Assembly (NCBI GenBank): GCA_963762595.1
Contig: CAVXLI010000022.1
Coordinates: 52 to 64,051, forward strand
Length of the DNA stretch: 64,000 bases
DNA from: an uncultured delta proteobacterium
GTDB lineage: Bacteria > Desulfobacterota > Syntrophia > Syntrophales > Smithellaceae
Reading direction: 5' to 3'
Part shown: piece after piece, positions 1 through 10,226 of the stretch
Layout: each line of letters opens with the position of its first letter
Numbering within the stretch: position 1 is the first letter of the stretch
Translations under genes and position numbers: made by a program
Notes under the pieces: model-generated
The model's input: the letters and a program-made list of their open reading frames with translations, nothing else
The model's database searches: none
Told to the model about the DNA's origin: nothing

Positions 1-160
1 TTTTTCTAGACTAGTTACAGAATAATCAAAACCACCTCATTTGTTACAAAAATACAAACTGAACCAAACCACGGGCATGAACCCCAGAACGAGCTTTAGG
101 AACACTCAGCAGTAAGCTGCGGGGTGTTATGCCCTCCGCTTTGCGTGATAATTCGACCAG

Positions 161-213
161 CAAACTTCAGTCGTAGATGACCTTTAGGTTACGCGCTCCG
201 CTTCTGAAGTTTG
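161..213. repeat. REP-like palindrome with nested 22-bp module
   Basis: CAAACTTCAG...CTGAAGTTTG inverted repeat enclosing GTCGTAGATGACCTTTAGGTTA; related element at 1568-1606 lacks the module. Confidence 0.75.
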
Positions 214-231
214 GGTCTCATTAAAAAATAC

Positions 232-260
232 TTGACTATGAAGACTTTGCAAACAATAAT
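232..260 (+). promoter_or_regulatory. sigma70-like promoter
   Basis: TTGACT-N17-AATAAT upstream of the ORF at 279. Confidence 0.5.
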
Positions 261-278
261 CACACTACAGGAGTGCTT

Positions 279-1175
279 ATGAACGATAGTCTTATTCTTC
301 AGGATACACCCGACCTTGTAAATCCATACATTCTGATCGGCTTGGGCGGCTGGTTGAATGCGGGCGAGGTTGCGACCGGATGCATCGACTTCCTGCGCCG
401 CAAACTTAATGCCCGGAAGTTCGCTCACATTGATTCCCGGGGTTTCCATATCTGGCAGGTCCCGGGCTTTGATCTGGCGCAGGCCATGCGACCCCATGCG
501 GTCATCGAAGAAGGCCTGATCAGGTCGCTTGCCGAGCCCGCCAGTGAATTCTTTTTCTGGAAGAGTGGCGCTGAACATGACCTGATCCTTTTTACAGGCT
601 CTGAACCGAATCTGAGGTGGCCGGAATACGCATCAGCCATTTTGAGTATTGCCAAACGTTATCGGGCGCCAAGAATCTATTCGCTGGGCGGCGTTTACGA
701 CCAGGTCCCCCATACCCGGGAAACGCGGGTCTTTGCCGTGCTGAGCCGTCCGGAGATGAAGAGCGAATTCAAATCGTTTCCATTTCTGAATTACGCGGGG
801 CCGTGCAGTTTCTCCACGATGCTTTTGAACCAGGCCGGCAAGGAGGGTATCGAGGCGGCCGGCATCACGGCCAGAGTCCCGCCGTATATTCAGATTTTTA
901 ACGCAAAAGCATGCTACGATCTTTTGAAAAAGGTGTTCGCCCTTACGCCCTTGAATATCGATTTAAGCGATCTCAAAAAATCCGGGGATAACCTGGTCGA
1001 GATGATGGACAAGTCCTTCAGCCAGAATGAAACCGCTCTGAAACAACTCCGGAAACTGGAAGAAATGTTCGATGCCGCTGTGCTTCAGGAATTCGGTTAT
1101 ACCCCGGGGTCGAACATCGACGAGCTTATGCAGGAAATGCTGAATATGAAAAAGGACGGTCAAAAACTGCACTGA
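279..1175 (+). CDS. PAC2 (proteasome assembly chaperone-like) family protein
   Basis: GGWLNAGEVAT, GSEPNLRW, GGVYDQVPHTR and VPPY motifs typical of PAC2 family; AGGAG RBS. Confidence 0.85.
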   Translation: MNDSLILQDTPDLVNPYILIGLGGWLNAGEVATGCIDFLRRKLNARKFAHIDSRGFHIWQVPGFDLAQAMRPHAVIEEGLIRSLAEPASEFFFWKSGAEHDLILFTGSEPNLRWPEYASAILSIAKRYRAPRIYSLGGVYDQVPHTRETRVFAVLSRPEMKSEFKSFPFLNYAGPCSFSTMLLNQAGKEGIEAAGITARVPPYIQIFNAKACYDLLKKVFALTPLNIDLSDLKKSGDNLVEMMDKSFSQNETALKQLRKLEEMFDAAVLQEFGYTPGSNIDELMQEMLNMKKDGQKLH

Positions 1176-1227
1176 CGCGAGCTTCGGTCCAGGAAGTCCT
1201 CGTTGAATTTGCATTGAATTTGAATTT

Positions 1228-1606
1228 GGGGTCAAATCTTTACTCTTGATATTTGATCTTCAGAAATTTGGCACTTGCTCTATTTATATATAAAAAATAG
1301 AATCGTCCCCTTCTTTTCTCCCTAATCCCCATCCACTTCGCTTCGGGGATAGTTGAAGCCCCTGGTCTTACAGCCAGAGAGCTTCGATACTCAAGGTAGT
1401 TGACAGTTTCTTATTTGCCCGCACATCATGTTGCAAGCAACATGGTGCGCATCGGCACTGTATTCAACTCACAAGCTTCAGTCGCAGATGACCTTTAGGT
1501 TATGCACTTTGTTTCCTAGAGGTGTTACTAATCCCCATCCGCTTCGCTTCGGGGATAGTTCGACTTACAACTTTCAGTTCGCTATGCTTCTGAAAGTTGA
1601 GTCTCA
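1228..1606. repeat. cluster of REP-like hairpins and end motifs
   Basis: GGGGTCAAATCTTTACTCTTGA (1228-1249), AAATAGAATCGTCCCC (1295-1310), 33-bp direct repeat (1322-1354 and 1528-1560, 1 mismatch), hairpin near 1420-1450, 22-bp module at 1481-1502. Confidence 0.8.
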
Positions 1607-1899
1607 CTACATGGTTCAGACGCCGGAGAGCAGACCGCAAATCCTTCACCATACCAGGAATCTTTATAGTCTATCAAAGTTTGATTAAATAGATCTTTTT
1701 CGTGTTTATTATAAACAAACTCGATGCCTTGTAAGTGCACAATTTCATCTTCTTCTCTTGGTTCATCCAGAACCATTGCCAATCTGGGGCCGGTTCAACC
1801 AAAACCTTGCCGAATTAACCGAATGGATTTGGCATTAAAATGTCTAAGTACCTTGACAAGTTCAATTTTCGCTGTTTCTGTTATCGTTATTTCAATCAT
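1582..1899 (-). CDS. HesB/IscA-like selenoprotein (Sec at codon 35, TGA at 1795-1797)
   Basis: Reads MIEITITETAKIEL...IRQGFG-TGA-TGPRLAMVLDEP in one frame with the 1582..1782 ORF; GFG-U-xGP motif; hairpin TGGTTC-TGGAT-GAACCA downstream of the TGA. Confidence 0.88.
1759..1775 (-). promoter_or_regulatory. candidate bacterial SECIS
   Basis: 6-bp perfect stem, loop UGGAU, loop 25 nt after the UGA. Confidence 0.65.
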
Positions 1900-1925
1900 C
1901 ACATTTTCCTTTAAAGTTAGCGTCC

Positions 1926-2012
1926 TGTCATTTCGAGGAGCAAGGCGATGAGAAATCTAAAGATCCCTCACTGCTTTCGGGACATAGATTTCTCCCTTCG
2001 GTCGAAATGACA
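1926..2012. repeat. REP doublet (TGTCATTTCGA...AGAAATCT / AGATTTCT...TCGAAATGACA)
   Basis: long imperfect inverted repeat visible directly in the sequence. Confidence 0.8.
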
Positions 2013-2236
2013 AAAGAAGTGAGATTTTTGTTCATTTCGTAATCTGAGATTAACATATGTCCGCTTTAAAAAAAATCAAGAGTGATGCGTGAAATTAACA
2101 CCTCGTCACTCTTTGTCTTTCATAATAAGAAAAATTTTTCAAAAAAACTTGCAGTTGCCTGCCAACAGGGATAATAATTAGCTGCAAATCAATACAGTAT
2201 CGATATAATCCCATAGGGAGAAAGGACTCTTAAGGC

Positions 2237-2977
2237 ATGAACCAGACTATTGAAGTCATGAAGAACCATAGGAGCATCCGCAGCTTTGTGGATAAGGAAA
2301 TACCGGATGCGATTATCGACGAGCTGATGGCGGTAGCGCAGGCTGCGCCCAACTCCATAAACGGCCAGCAGATAAGCCTGGTCATTGTCCGCGACAAAGA
2401 GAAAAAGCGCCGGATAGCTCAAATCGCCGGTGGCCAGACATGGATTGAGCGGGCGCCGCTGTTCATCCTGTTTGTTGCCGATTTTTACAAGGCAAAACTG
2501 GCAGCCGACAAGGTCGGCAGACCGCTGGTTATTCCCGAGAGTGTTGAGGCCACAATTGCCGTCTCGATCGATGCCGGGATATGCCTGCAGAATATCATTA
2601 CGGCGGCAGAATCCCTTGGCTTGGGGATTGTTCCCATCGGCGGCATTCGCAATGATCCTGCCGCCATGATCGAACTGATGAAGCTACCCGAATATACCTT
2701 CCCCATCAACGGCCTTTGTATAGGCTATCCCGCGGACAGATCACGGCAAAAGCCCAGAATGCCGGTTGCGGCCTTCAGGCATGATGAAGTCTATAACTCT
2801 GCAAAGCTGAAAGCTTTGATAGATGAATATGACGCACTGATGGAACCATATCTGAAAAGCGTGGGCAGGGAAAACGAGATCAACTGGAGTACAAATACAT
2901 TGAATTATTATTCGTTTGTTTACTTCCCCGAGGTTTACCCGATCATGAAGCTGCAGGGGTTCAAAAATGATAAATAA
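2237..2977 (+). CDS. NADPH-dependent nitro/flavin reductase (NfsA/NfrA family)
   Basis: HRSIRSF, AAESLGLGIVPIGGIRN and KPRMP motifs. Confidence 0.9.
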   Translation: MNQTIEVMKNHRSIRSFVDKEIPDAIIDELMAVAQAAPNSINGQQISLVIVRDKEKKRRIAQIAGGQTWIERAPLFILFVADFYKAKLAADKVGRPLVIPESVEATIAVSIDAGICLQNIITAAESLGLGIVPIGGIRNDPAAMIELMKLPEYTFPINGLCIGYPADRSRQKPRMPVAAFRHDEVYNSAKLKALIDEYDALMEPYLKSVGRENEINWSTNTLNYYSFVYFPEVYPIMKLQGFKNDK

Positions 2978-3026
2978 TATTAATTAGGGACGGCTGTCCG
3001 TCTGAGAAGCCAAGGGTAAAAATTAA

Positions 3027-3797
3027 ATGGGGCAATTCATCACTCAGTATACAAAACAAATGATGCGATATTTGGCGGCCATAATGCTTGTTGCCTTTTT
3101 ATCGGGTTGCGCCATGATCGCCCCCGCCCCGATGGATGTGCTTACCTATGATAATCCCAACAAGGCAGCAGCCAACAAGCGGCTGTTTGTCTTCTTGCGC
3201 GGCATGGGAGGGTCTCATCACAGTTTCGAAGAAAAGGGGCTTGTGACCGACGTCTGGGCGCGCGGCTTACCATTCGATATGGTTGCTCCCAATGCTCATT
3301 TTGGCTACTACGGAGACCGCAACCTGATTGTGCGGCTTAAAGAGGATGTGATAGACCCCGCCCGGGCCAAGGGCTATAAAAAAATCTGGCTGGTCGGTGT
3401 TTCAATGGGGGGACTGGGAGCTTTGCTTTATCTCATGGAACGTCCCCAGGACATTGCGGGCGTTTACCTGATCGCTCCATATCTCGGCTCACAATCGTTC
3501 CTTGCCGAAATTGAAGCCGCGGGCGGCGTCCGGCAGTGGAACCCGGGGGCCTACATTGCCGAAGAAGATTGGCAGAGAATGCTGTGGCACTGGATCAAGA
3601 CAACGATTGCCGACAGTCCGGACAAAATAGTTTATTTGGGATACGGTACCGACGATACTTATAAGAGCGGGCCGCAAATACTTGCGCTCCTTTTACAACA
3701 AGACCGCGTCTACATCATTGACGGTGGGCATGACTATAAAACGATCAAAGCCCTGTGGCAAATTTTTCTGGAGAATGATAGTAAATTAAGAAACTAG
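3027..3797 (+). CDS. alpha/beta hydrolase lipoprotein
   Basis: lipobox LSGC, GVSMG nucleophile elbow, C-terminal GGHD; start may be 3060. Confidence 0.8.
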   Translation: MGQFITQYTKQMMRYLAAIMLVAFLSGCAMIAPAPMDVLTYDNPNKAAANKRLFVFLRGMGGSHHSFEEKGLVTDVWARGLPFDMVAPNAHFGYYGDRNLIVRLKEDVIDPARAKGYKKIWLVGVSMGGLGALLYLMERPQDIAGVYLIAPYLGSQSFLAEIEAAGGVRQWNPGAYIAEEDWQRMLWHWIKTTIADSPDKIVYLGYGTDDTYKSGPQILALLLQQDRVYIIDGGHDYKTIKALWQIFLENDSKLRN

Positions 3798-3895
3798 AAT
3801 TTAGGGACAGTTGCCTCTAAGGAAATTGTGATGATTCTATTTTTTCTAGACAAATGGCAGAATAACCAAAACCATCTCATTGAGTAGAGGAACTT

Positions 3896-4447
3896 ATGGA
3901 TCGGGAAACGGCACTGAAAGCCATCAGAGAAAACGTGAAGAATGAAAACCTGATTAAGCATATGCTGGCTGTGGAAGCTATTATGCGGGCGCTTGCCCGG
4001 CGGTTCAAGGAAAACGAAGATGAGTGGGGGCTGGCGGGTCTGCTTCACGATATCGATGTCGAGCTGACTCATGCCGATTTGAAAGTCCACAGCAAGCCCG
4101 GGGCTCAAATGGCAAAAGAGTTGGGCGCAAGTGAAGCGGTCTGTCGTGCAATTCTTGTCCACAACGAAGCGCACGGAGAGCCCTGCATATCGCTCATGGA
4201 TAAAGCCCTCTTTTGTGCCGATCCTTTGACCGGACTCATCACTGCCGGAGCGCTAATTCGTCCGGATAAAAAGCTCGCCTCCGTGGAAGCCAAATCCATT
4301 CGAAAGCGGTTCAAAGAGGAGCGCTTTGCGGCAGGCGCGAATCGGGCGCAGATAGCAAAGTGCAGTGAAATCGGTTTGGAATTGGATGACTTTATTGCGT
4401 TAGGACTTGATGCGATGAAGGGAGTAGCAGGAGATTTGGGACTGTAA
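3896..4447 (+). CDS. HD-domain (HDIG-type) metal-dependent phosphohydrolase
   Basis: KHMLAVE, GLLHDID, DPLTGLI and FAAGANR motifs. Confidence 0.88.
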   Translation: MDRETALKAIRENVKNENLIKHMLAVEAIMRALARRFKENEDEWGLAGLLHDIDVELTHADLKVHSKPGAQMAKELGASEAVCRAILVHNEAHGEPCISLMDKALFCADPLTGLITAGALIRPDKKLASVEAKSIRKRFKEERFAAGANRAQIAKCSEIGLELDDFIALGLDAMKGVAGDLGL

Positions 4448-4526
4448 CAACCTGCTTGAAAAAGACTGAATTGTTATCTCTTTTAGTAGGATTTGACGTT
4501 CAGCGAACCATTGAGCCAACTATTAT

Positions 4527-5270
4527 TTAGAAACGATAAATGAGCTCCAACATATGAAGATCTGCGCCCGTTTTGCCCTGCCCGTATATTGCCGCATCGG
4601 AATAGTGTAAAAACCTGTAGCCCGCACCGAAATTTTGAAAGAGGGGAATACTTAGACCTGCGGTTAGGGCGAATTGAAAGTACCCGCCAAAATCCTGCGC
4701 TCCAAAGCGATGCCTGCTGAGTAAAGCACCGCCTGCTCCCATATCCAGTGTAAATCCTCCGTCTTTACTGCCAAACGTAAGCAAAGGTATAAGAGAGACA
4801 ACCAGTGCATTGTCACCCACGCCGTTAAGGACGCCAATACCGGATATCACTCTTATACCGCCTCCCCAGCCTGACCGGGAATACCATGCCCAGGGCAGCC
4901 TGAATGTGGCAGCCAAATCATATGCGCTAAATTCTTCCGGCGCCACGCTTCCTAAAACATCCAGGCTGGAAAAACGCGCCCGTAAAGCCATGCTAAGCAA
5001 ACACTTCTTAACAGGACCGTTTTCATCGTTTTTGCATGCATCAAAGATGCTGCTTTGTATTTCTGTTTCTTTTAACGTATCGGATGATACTGTTGAGGCA
5101 TCAGGAGCAAGAGAAGCATAAATATATGTACGATTCTTACTCGTAGGATATTGTGAAATTTCACCATCACAACACGTTGCCACTGCAAGTTTAGGAAAAA
5201 GCAGGAAGGCAAAAGCGATGGATAAAAAACGGATAATACAAGCAGGAATATAACATGAGCGATGTTTCAT
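4527..5270 (-). CDS. PagL-like lipid A deacylase (acyloxyacyl hydrolase) beta-barrel
   Basis: signal peptide, DFGGYFQF, GYRFLHYSDA (HxS), terminal YRF. Confidence 0.75.
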   Translation of the reverse strand: MKHRSCYIPACIIRFLSIAFAFLLFPKLAVATCCDGEISQYPTSKNRTYIYASLAPDASTVSSDTLKETEIQSSIFDACKNDENGPVKKCLLSMALRARFSSLDVLGSVAPEEFSAYDLAATFRLPWAWYSRSGWGGGIRVISGIGVLNGVGDNALVVSLIPLLTFGSKDGGFTLDMGAGGALLSRHRFGAQDFGGYFQFALTAGLSIPLFQNFGAGYRFLHYSDAAIYGQGKTGADLHMLELIYRF

Positions 5271-5371
5271 TCTGCCGTACCTCGATTTTCAATATATTCC
5301 CCTGTTCAATTACAGGGGAATAGGCCGAGGGAAATAAGTCAACAGAGATAGTGCTTTAATATTATTTTTCG

Positions 5372-5429
5372 TTTACAAATTATATCAATATAGTTACATA
5401 ACTAACGAGCTAGTACAACGGTTCTATTT
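5372..5429 (-). repeat. 58-bp dispersed repeat copy 1 with extended -10 promoter
   Basis: 53/58 identical to 7471-7528; minus strand reads AAATAGAACCG...TGnTATAAT. Confidence 0.85.
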
Positions 5430-5477
5430 TAAAAAAGGACAAACTGGAATCGGCCTACGCCGGTATAGCGGTGGCGT

Positions 5478-7397
5478 CTAGATGCCCGCTGCCGCGGCGT
5501 AACCCTCATGAATGGCATCCATGATTGTGCGCGGCTTAGAGCAATCGCCGATCACCAGCATCTGTGGAAATTTCCCCTCCAGTAAAGAGATTATACCGTT
5601 ATCCACGGTGGGCGCAGGCGAAAGAATTACCGTATCCGCAGTGATGTGTTCACTCGCGCCTGAATCACTGACAATTACTCCTTCCTTGTCAATACTGACG
5701 ATGGTTGCGCTCTCCCTGATCTTCACGCCGCTTGCCGCAAGAGTCTGCAAAAAAGAATTCCGGGAAGCAGGGCCCAGCTCATGTGCCAGACGGTTTTTGC
5801 CCGACATGCGCACGAGGGTAACGTCTTTACCCTGCCGGGCAAGCAACTCAGCGGTTTCACAACCCACCCTTCCGCCTCCGACTACAACCATCTTTTGTCC
5901 GACGGGCTTGTTTCCTGCTAAAACATCGCGCGCCAAAAACACATGCGGCAAATCGGCACCGGCAATAGCCGGGCGCTCCGTAATCGACCCGGTAGCGACG
6001 ATAACAACGTCCGCGTGCAGATCAATTATTTCTTGCGCCGTGGGGGCATGACCGAGCTGCACATCGATCCCTTCTTTATATAACTGCGCACTGAGATAAC
6101 GGATAGTTGTCTGGAGCTCATCCTTGCCCGGCGGCACCGCTGCGGTGATGAGCTGTCCTCCCAGCGCTTTATCTTTTTCGTATAACGTCACCTTGTGTCC
6201 CTTCAGAGCGGCAACGCGTGCCGCTTCCATGCCGCCCGGCCCGCCGCCGATGACAACTACTTTTTTGGGTTTTTTTGCCGGCAGAAGCTTTTCCGCCTCG
6301 CGGCCCAGTTCGGCATTGACGGAACAGGCAATCGCTTTTCCCTTCAGCAGTGAATCCATACAATTACAGCAGGCAATGCACATCCTGATGTCGTCATAGC
6401 GGCCTTCTTTGGCTTTGACCAATATTTGCGGATCGGTAAGGAAAGGGCGCCCCAGCGCGATGAAATCGGCCCGGCCTTGCGCCAGTACCGTATCGGCAAA
6501 CCTGGGATCGACAATGCGGCCGGCGACAATCACGGGAACACTTACATTCTTTTTGATTTCTTCGGCAAAAGGCACGAGGCAACCGCGAGGCAGCCAACCC
6601 GGCTGGCAAGTCCATTGCCCTCTCTCATAAATGCCTGCCGAGACATCCACACTGTCAACTCCGGCATCCTGCAAGGCGCGGGCTATTACCTTTGTTTGTT
6701 CGATATCCAGACCGTCCGGCACGAATTCTTTGGCGCTGATCCGGAACATAATGGGAAAATCGGAACCTAACTTCTGTCTTGCCTTCTTAACGATATCCAG
6801 CGCGAAGCGCATCCGTTTCTCCAGACTGCCGCCGTATTTATCGGTGCGTTTATTGGTATAGCCGGAGAGAAACTGGCAGATCAGATAGCCGTGAGCGCCG
6901 TGGAACTCCACGGCATCAAAGCCCGCTTTTTTTGCGAGCAACGCGCCCGTGGCAAATTTTTCCACCAGGTCGTCCGCTTCCTCGGTTGTCAAGGCACGGG
7001 GCTCCACTTTCAAAAATTTACAGGCTATCGCCGAAGGGGCAACCGGCTCTCCCATGTGCTTCGGTCTCTGCCGGCCGGCGTGGTGTAACTGGATTGCCGC
7101 CTTTACGCCGTGTTTGTGGATGACAGCGGCGAGCTTGCTCAATCCTTCCAGGTAAGTATCGTCAAAAATTGCCGGTTCTCTGGTTTCCGATTCCCCGCCG
7201 CGCGCCACCGCTGTATTTTCCACGATGATCAAACCCATGCCGCCGCGGGCGCGTTCCTCATAATAAGCAAGAAGCCGGTCCGACACATAGCCATTCTCAT
7301 TGGCGAGCTGGGTATACATGGGTGCCATGATGACCCTGTTGGCGAGCGTCATGCTTCCAATTTTTGCCGGCTGAAAAAGATGATTCAATTTATCCAC
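5478..7397 (-). CDS. NADH:flavin oxidoreductase (old yellow enzyme, FadH/BaiH-like) with FAD-binding domain
   Basis: NRVIMAPM, HGAHGYLICQF, NKRTDKYGGS, CIACCNC Fe-S motif, two GGG dinucleotide-binding motifs. Confidence 0.92.
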   Translation of the reverse strand: MDKLNHLFQPAKIGSMTLANRVIMAPMYTQLANENGYVSDRLLAYYEERARGGMGLIIVENTAVARGGESETREPAIFDDTYLEGLSKLAAVIHKHGVKAAIQLHHAGRQRPKHMGEPVAPSAIACKFLKVEPRALTTEEADDLVEKFATGALLAKKAGFDAVEFHGAHGYLICQFLSGYTNKRTDKYGGSLEKRMRFALDIVKKARQKLGSDFPIMFRISAKEFVPDGLDIEQTKVIARALQDAGVDSVDVSAGIYERGQWTCQPGWLPRGCLVPFAEEIKKNVSVPVIVAGRIVDPRFADTVLAQGRADFIALGRPFLTDPQILVKAKEGRYDDIRMCIACCNCMDSLLKGKAIACSVNAELGREAEKLLPAKKPKKVVVIGGGPGGMEAARVAALKGHKVTLYEKDKALGGQLITAAVPPGKDELQTTIRYLSAQLYKEGIDVQLGHAPTAQEIIDLHADVVIVATGSITERPAIAGADLPHVFLARDVLAGNKPVGQKMVVVGGGRVGCETAELLARQGKDVTLVRMSGKNRLAHELGPASRNSFLQTLAASGVKIRESATIVSIDKEGVIVSDSGASEHITADTVILSPAPTVDNGIISLLEGKFPQMLVIGDCSKPRTIMDAIHEGYAAAAGI

Positions 7398-7470
7398 GGT
7401 TGCCTCCTAAAATTCACTTTCGCGGGCCAGAGCTTCGCGATTGATATTGCCGCTTTCCTGAAATTATTCT

Positions 7471-7528
7471 TTTACAAATTATACCAAAAGAGCTACATAA
7501 CTAACGAGTTAGTACAACGGTTCTATTT
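7471..7528 (-). repeat. 58-bp dispersed repeat copy 2 with extended -10 promoter
   Basis: near-identical to 5372-5429. Confidence 0.85.
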
Positions 7529-7573
7529 AATTTGCAAGATGCTTCCCCCGGAAAAACGGACACCTTCTAATTA

Positions 7574-8317
7574 TTACCCCTGGCTCGTCGGCATAATCAT
7601 GATATCGGCATTATTCACATTATCCGGCTGGTTTAACGCATAGAGCACTGCACGGGCGATATCATCGGCTTTCAAGGCTTTCACGTTTTGAAATCTCGGC
7701 CCGATCACAGCCAAAACTTCCTTATCCGTAATAGCCCTGCCGAGCTCTGTGGCCACCATTCCCGGCTCAATAACCGTCACGCGAATATTGCTGGAGGGGC
7801 CAAGCTCCATGCGCATCCCCTCGGAAAGTGCCGAGACAGCGTATTTCGTGGCGCAGTATACCGCGGAACCCGGCAACACTTTTCTTCCGGCCACCGACGA
7901 GATATTTACGATGTGGCCTGAAGCCTGTTTGATCATGCCGGGCAGCACGGCGCCGATGCAAAAGAGCACACCCTTGATATTCACATCCACCATACGTTCC
8001 CATTCTTCCTCATGAAGGTTTTTCATCAGCGACAGAGGCATGACTCCCGCGTTGTTGATGAGGATATCAATATTGCCGAAAGCCTTCAGGCATTCATCAA
8101 CAGCTTTTTTGACCTCGCTCTTTTTCGTTACATCAGCGCATGTGACAAGCGCCGTTCCTCCCCCCTTCTGAATTTCAGCTTTTAGAGTTTCCAGACGATC
8201 ACTTCTTCTGGCCATCAGGGCAACCTTTACTTTTTGTGCGGCCAGTACCCTTGCCGTTGCTTCTCCAATGCCGCTTGACGCGCCGGTAATTAAAGCCGTT
8301 TTGCCGTTCAATTCCAT
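7574..8317 (-). CDS. SDR family oxidoreductase
   Basis: [17 protein letters not shown]. Confidence 0.93.
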   Translation of the reverse strand: MELNGKTALITGASSGIGEATARVLAAQKVKVALMARRSDRLETLKAEIQKGGGTALVTCADVTKKSEVKKAVDECLKAFGNIDILINNAGVMPLSLMKNLHEEEWERMVDVNIKGVLFCIGAVLPGMIKQASGHIVNISSVAGRKVLPGSAVYCATKYAVSALSEGMRMELGPSSNIRVTVIEPGMVATELGRAITDKEVLAVIGPRFQNVKALKADDIARAVLYALNQPDNVNNADIMIMPTSQG

Positions 8318-8407
8318 GTTACACCTCTCAATTCTTTAATAAGTTGTATTAATTTTATATTGTATTATCAGATTTTCTTGCATTACTCCACCATACTTGA
8401 CGCAATT

Positions 8408-8460
8408 AGTGGAGATCCCTCCGGTCGCAGATGACCTTGAGGTTACAGGAGCCAGAGGCT
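8408..8460 (+). repeat. AGTGGAG...GAGGCT palindromic repeat, partial copy with 22-bp module
   Basis: matches reverse complement of 15192-15244. Confidence 0.8.
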
Positions 8461-8579
8461 CCCTTGGAATTCTGGTTTGCTTATCAGAAGATATTGAGGA
8501 TTAGATATTTACTCTTGACACGTTGCAAGGTTGGATGTTGTACTTGCGGTGATTGCGGAATATACAAAAAGGATATGCC

Positions 8580-9050
8580 ATGAAACGAGTTGTGACGATT
8601 TTGCTTATTTTCGTTATAGCCGTTGCCGTCCTCAGTTGTAACAAAGAGAACGACCAGGACAAGGTTAAGAAGGTCATTACGGACATCCAGGCAGCAGGTG
8701 AAGCCAAGGACGTCAGGAAGATCATGAACAACCTCTCGAAAACCTATAGCGATCCTCAAGGTTTCAATTACGAAAGTATCAAAGGGCTGCTCGTCGGCTA
8801 TTTCTTCCGGTATCCGAAGATATCGGTCTATATCAACAATCTCACGATATCCGTTGAGAACACATCGGCCAGAGCTGTCTTTCAGACTGTCCTGACCAGT
8901 GGAGAAAAGACCGGCTCTGTAACCGACGTAATCCCGCAGTCGCTCGGCATTTGGGACTTTGATGTAACACTGAAAAAAGAATCGAGTGACTGGAAAGTTA
9001 CCTCTGCCAAATGGGAACAAGCGGAAATGATGAAAACGGAGGAGCGATGA
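8580..9050 (+). CDS. NTF2-like lipoprotein
   Basis: lipobox VLSC; C-terminal LKKESSDWKV typical of NTF2-like fold. Confidence 0.65.
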   Translation: MKRVVTILLIFVIAVAVLSCNKENDQDKVKKVITDIQAAGEAKDVRKIMNNLSKTYSDPQGFNYESIKGLLVGYFFRYPKISVYINNLTISVENTSARAVFQTVLTSGEKTGSVTDVIPQSLGIWDFDVTLKKESSDWKVTSAKWEQAEMMKTEER

Positions 9051-9136
9051 AACTCAGGCAGCAGAGGGACACTGTTAACTTATTAAGTTGTGAGCGAAAG
9101 GGGACGCTCAATAACTAGTATGGCGTCCTCGGAATA

Positions 9137-10075
9137 TCAAACAAGCCCATCAAAGACCTTATTTACAACATCAACGTAATTATCTCTGTGATGTGTTTTA
9201 TTTATTTTCTTTCGTATTTTTTCCCCGTTTTCGAAAAAGCCTGCCATATAAGTCCAGATTTCTTTCATTTTATTGACGATATGCGACGGGCCGGACAACA
9301 TTTTCAAATATTCTGCAAATAACTGATCGTGGAAAGCCCTCATGATTTTGATTTTTTCATCATAAGGTTTTTCCATATGAAATTTAATTTTTTCCGCAAG
9401 GAATGGGTTCCCGATGAGGCTTCTGCCGATCATCCACCGCTTAATTGATCCGAACCGAAGCGAGAGCATCTCAAATTTCTCAAAAGAGTCTATGTCCCCG
9501 TTATAGACGACCCTGTGTTTCGATAGACCCAGACACTGCTCGAACATATCGAGGTCAACTTCACCTTCATACATTTGCACACCAGTCCTCGGATGGATGA
9601 TCAGTTCCTCAAGCGGATATTGATTGAAAAGCGGGATAAGTTGCAACACCTCGTCAGGATATTTGAACCCTATCCTGAGCTTGATCGATAAACTCGGTTT
9701 TATAGCAGGCATGGTTTTTTCGAGAAATGATTCGATCCTGTCCGGATAACAAAGCATACCCGCCCCTCTGCCCTTCTTCACAACCATGGGGAACGGACAG
9801 CCCAGATTCCAGTTTACCGTGCCATAGCCAATGTTGTATAAAGCATTGGCGAGCTTGGTGAAATCATCCGGGTTAGAACTCATGATCTGCGGTATCGTCG
9901 GAATACCCGTATTTTTATCAGGGTAAAATTCGCGCAGAAGGTTATTCACCGGTTTCATTTTCTTCGATGAGGAGATAAAAGGCGCAATAGCCATATCAAC
10001 TCCCTTAAAATAAATAGGGAACAGGTTGCGATAAATCCTGTCGGTTATCCCCTGGATTGGTGCGAGGTATATCAT
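9137..10075 (-). CDS. tRNA-dihydrouridine synthase family protein
   Basis: LAPIQGITD, NLGCP, IHPRT, YNGDI, MIGR. Confidence 0.9.
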   Translation of the reverse strand: MIYLAPIQGITDRIYRNLFPIYFKGVDMAIAPFISSSKKMKPVNNLLREFYPDKNTGIPTIPQIMSSNPDDFTKLANALYNIGYGTVNWNLGCPFPMVVKKGRGAGMLCYPDRIESFLEKTMPAIKPSLSIKLRIGFKYPDEVLQLIPLFNQYPLEELIIHPRTGVQMYEGEVDLDMFEQCLGLSKHRVVYNGDIDSFEKFEMLSLRFGSIKRWMIGRSLIGNPFLAEKIKFHMEKPYDEKIKIMRAFHDQLFAEYLKMLSGPSHIVNKMKEIWTYMAGFFENGEKIRKKINKTHHRDNYVDVVNKVFDGLV

Positions 10076-10226
10076 GGGTAGGCTCTAAATCCTTTTTTTG
10101 GCGTATGCAAAATTTTAATTAACATTTTCTGATAGCAGACGGTTTGTCAAGAAATATAGTTGATATTAGCTAAGGACATGCCCTATAATTAATTGATTTT
10201 TGAGAGTCTGCTTAAGGGAGGAAACT

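Noticed and set aside
1322-1560. CRISPR array
   Set aside because: Only two 33-bp repeats, 173 bp apart, filled with other REP hairpins; no cas genes.
1428-1688. 86-aa ORF, and similar ORFs over repeats such as 15057-15269 and 24440-24661
   Set aside because: They are translations of REP palindromes.
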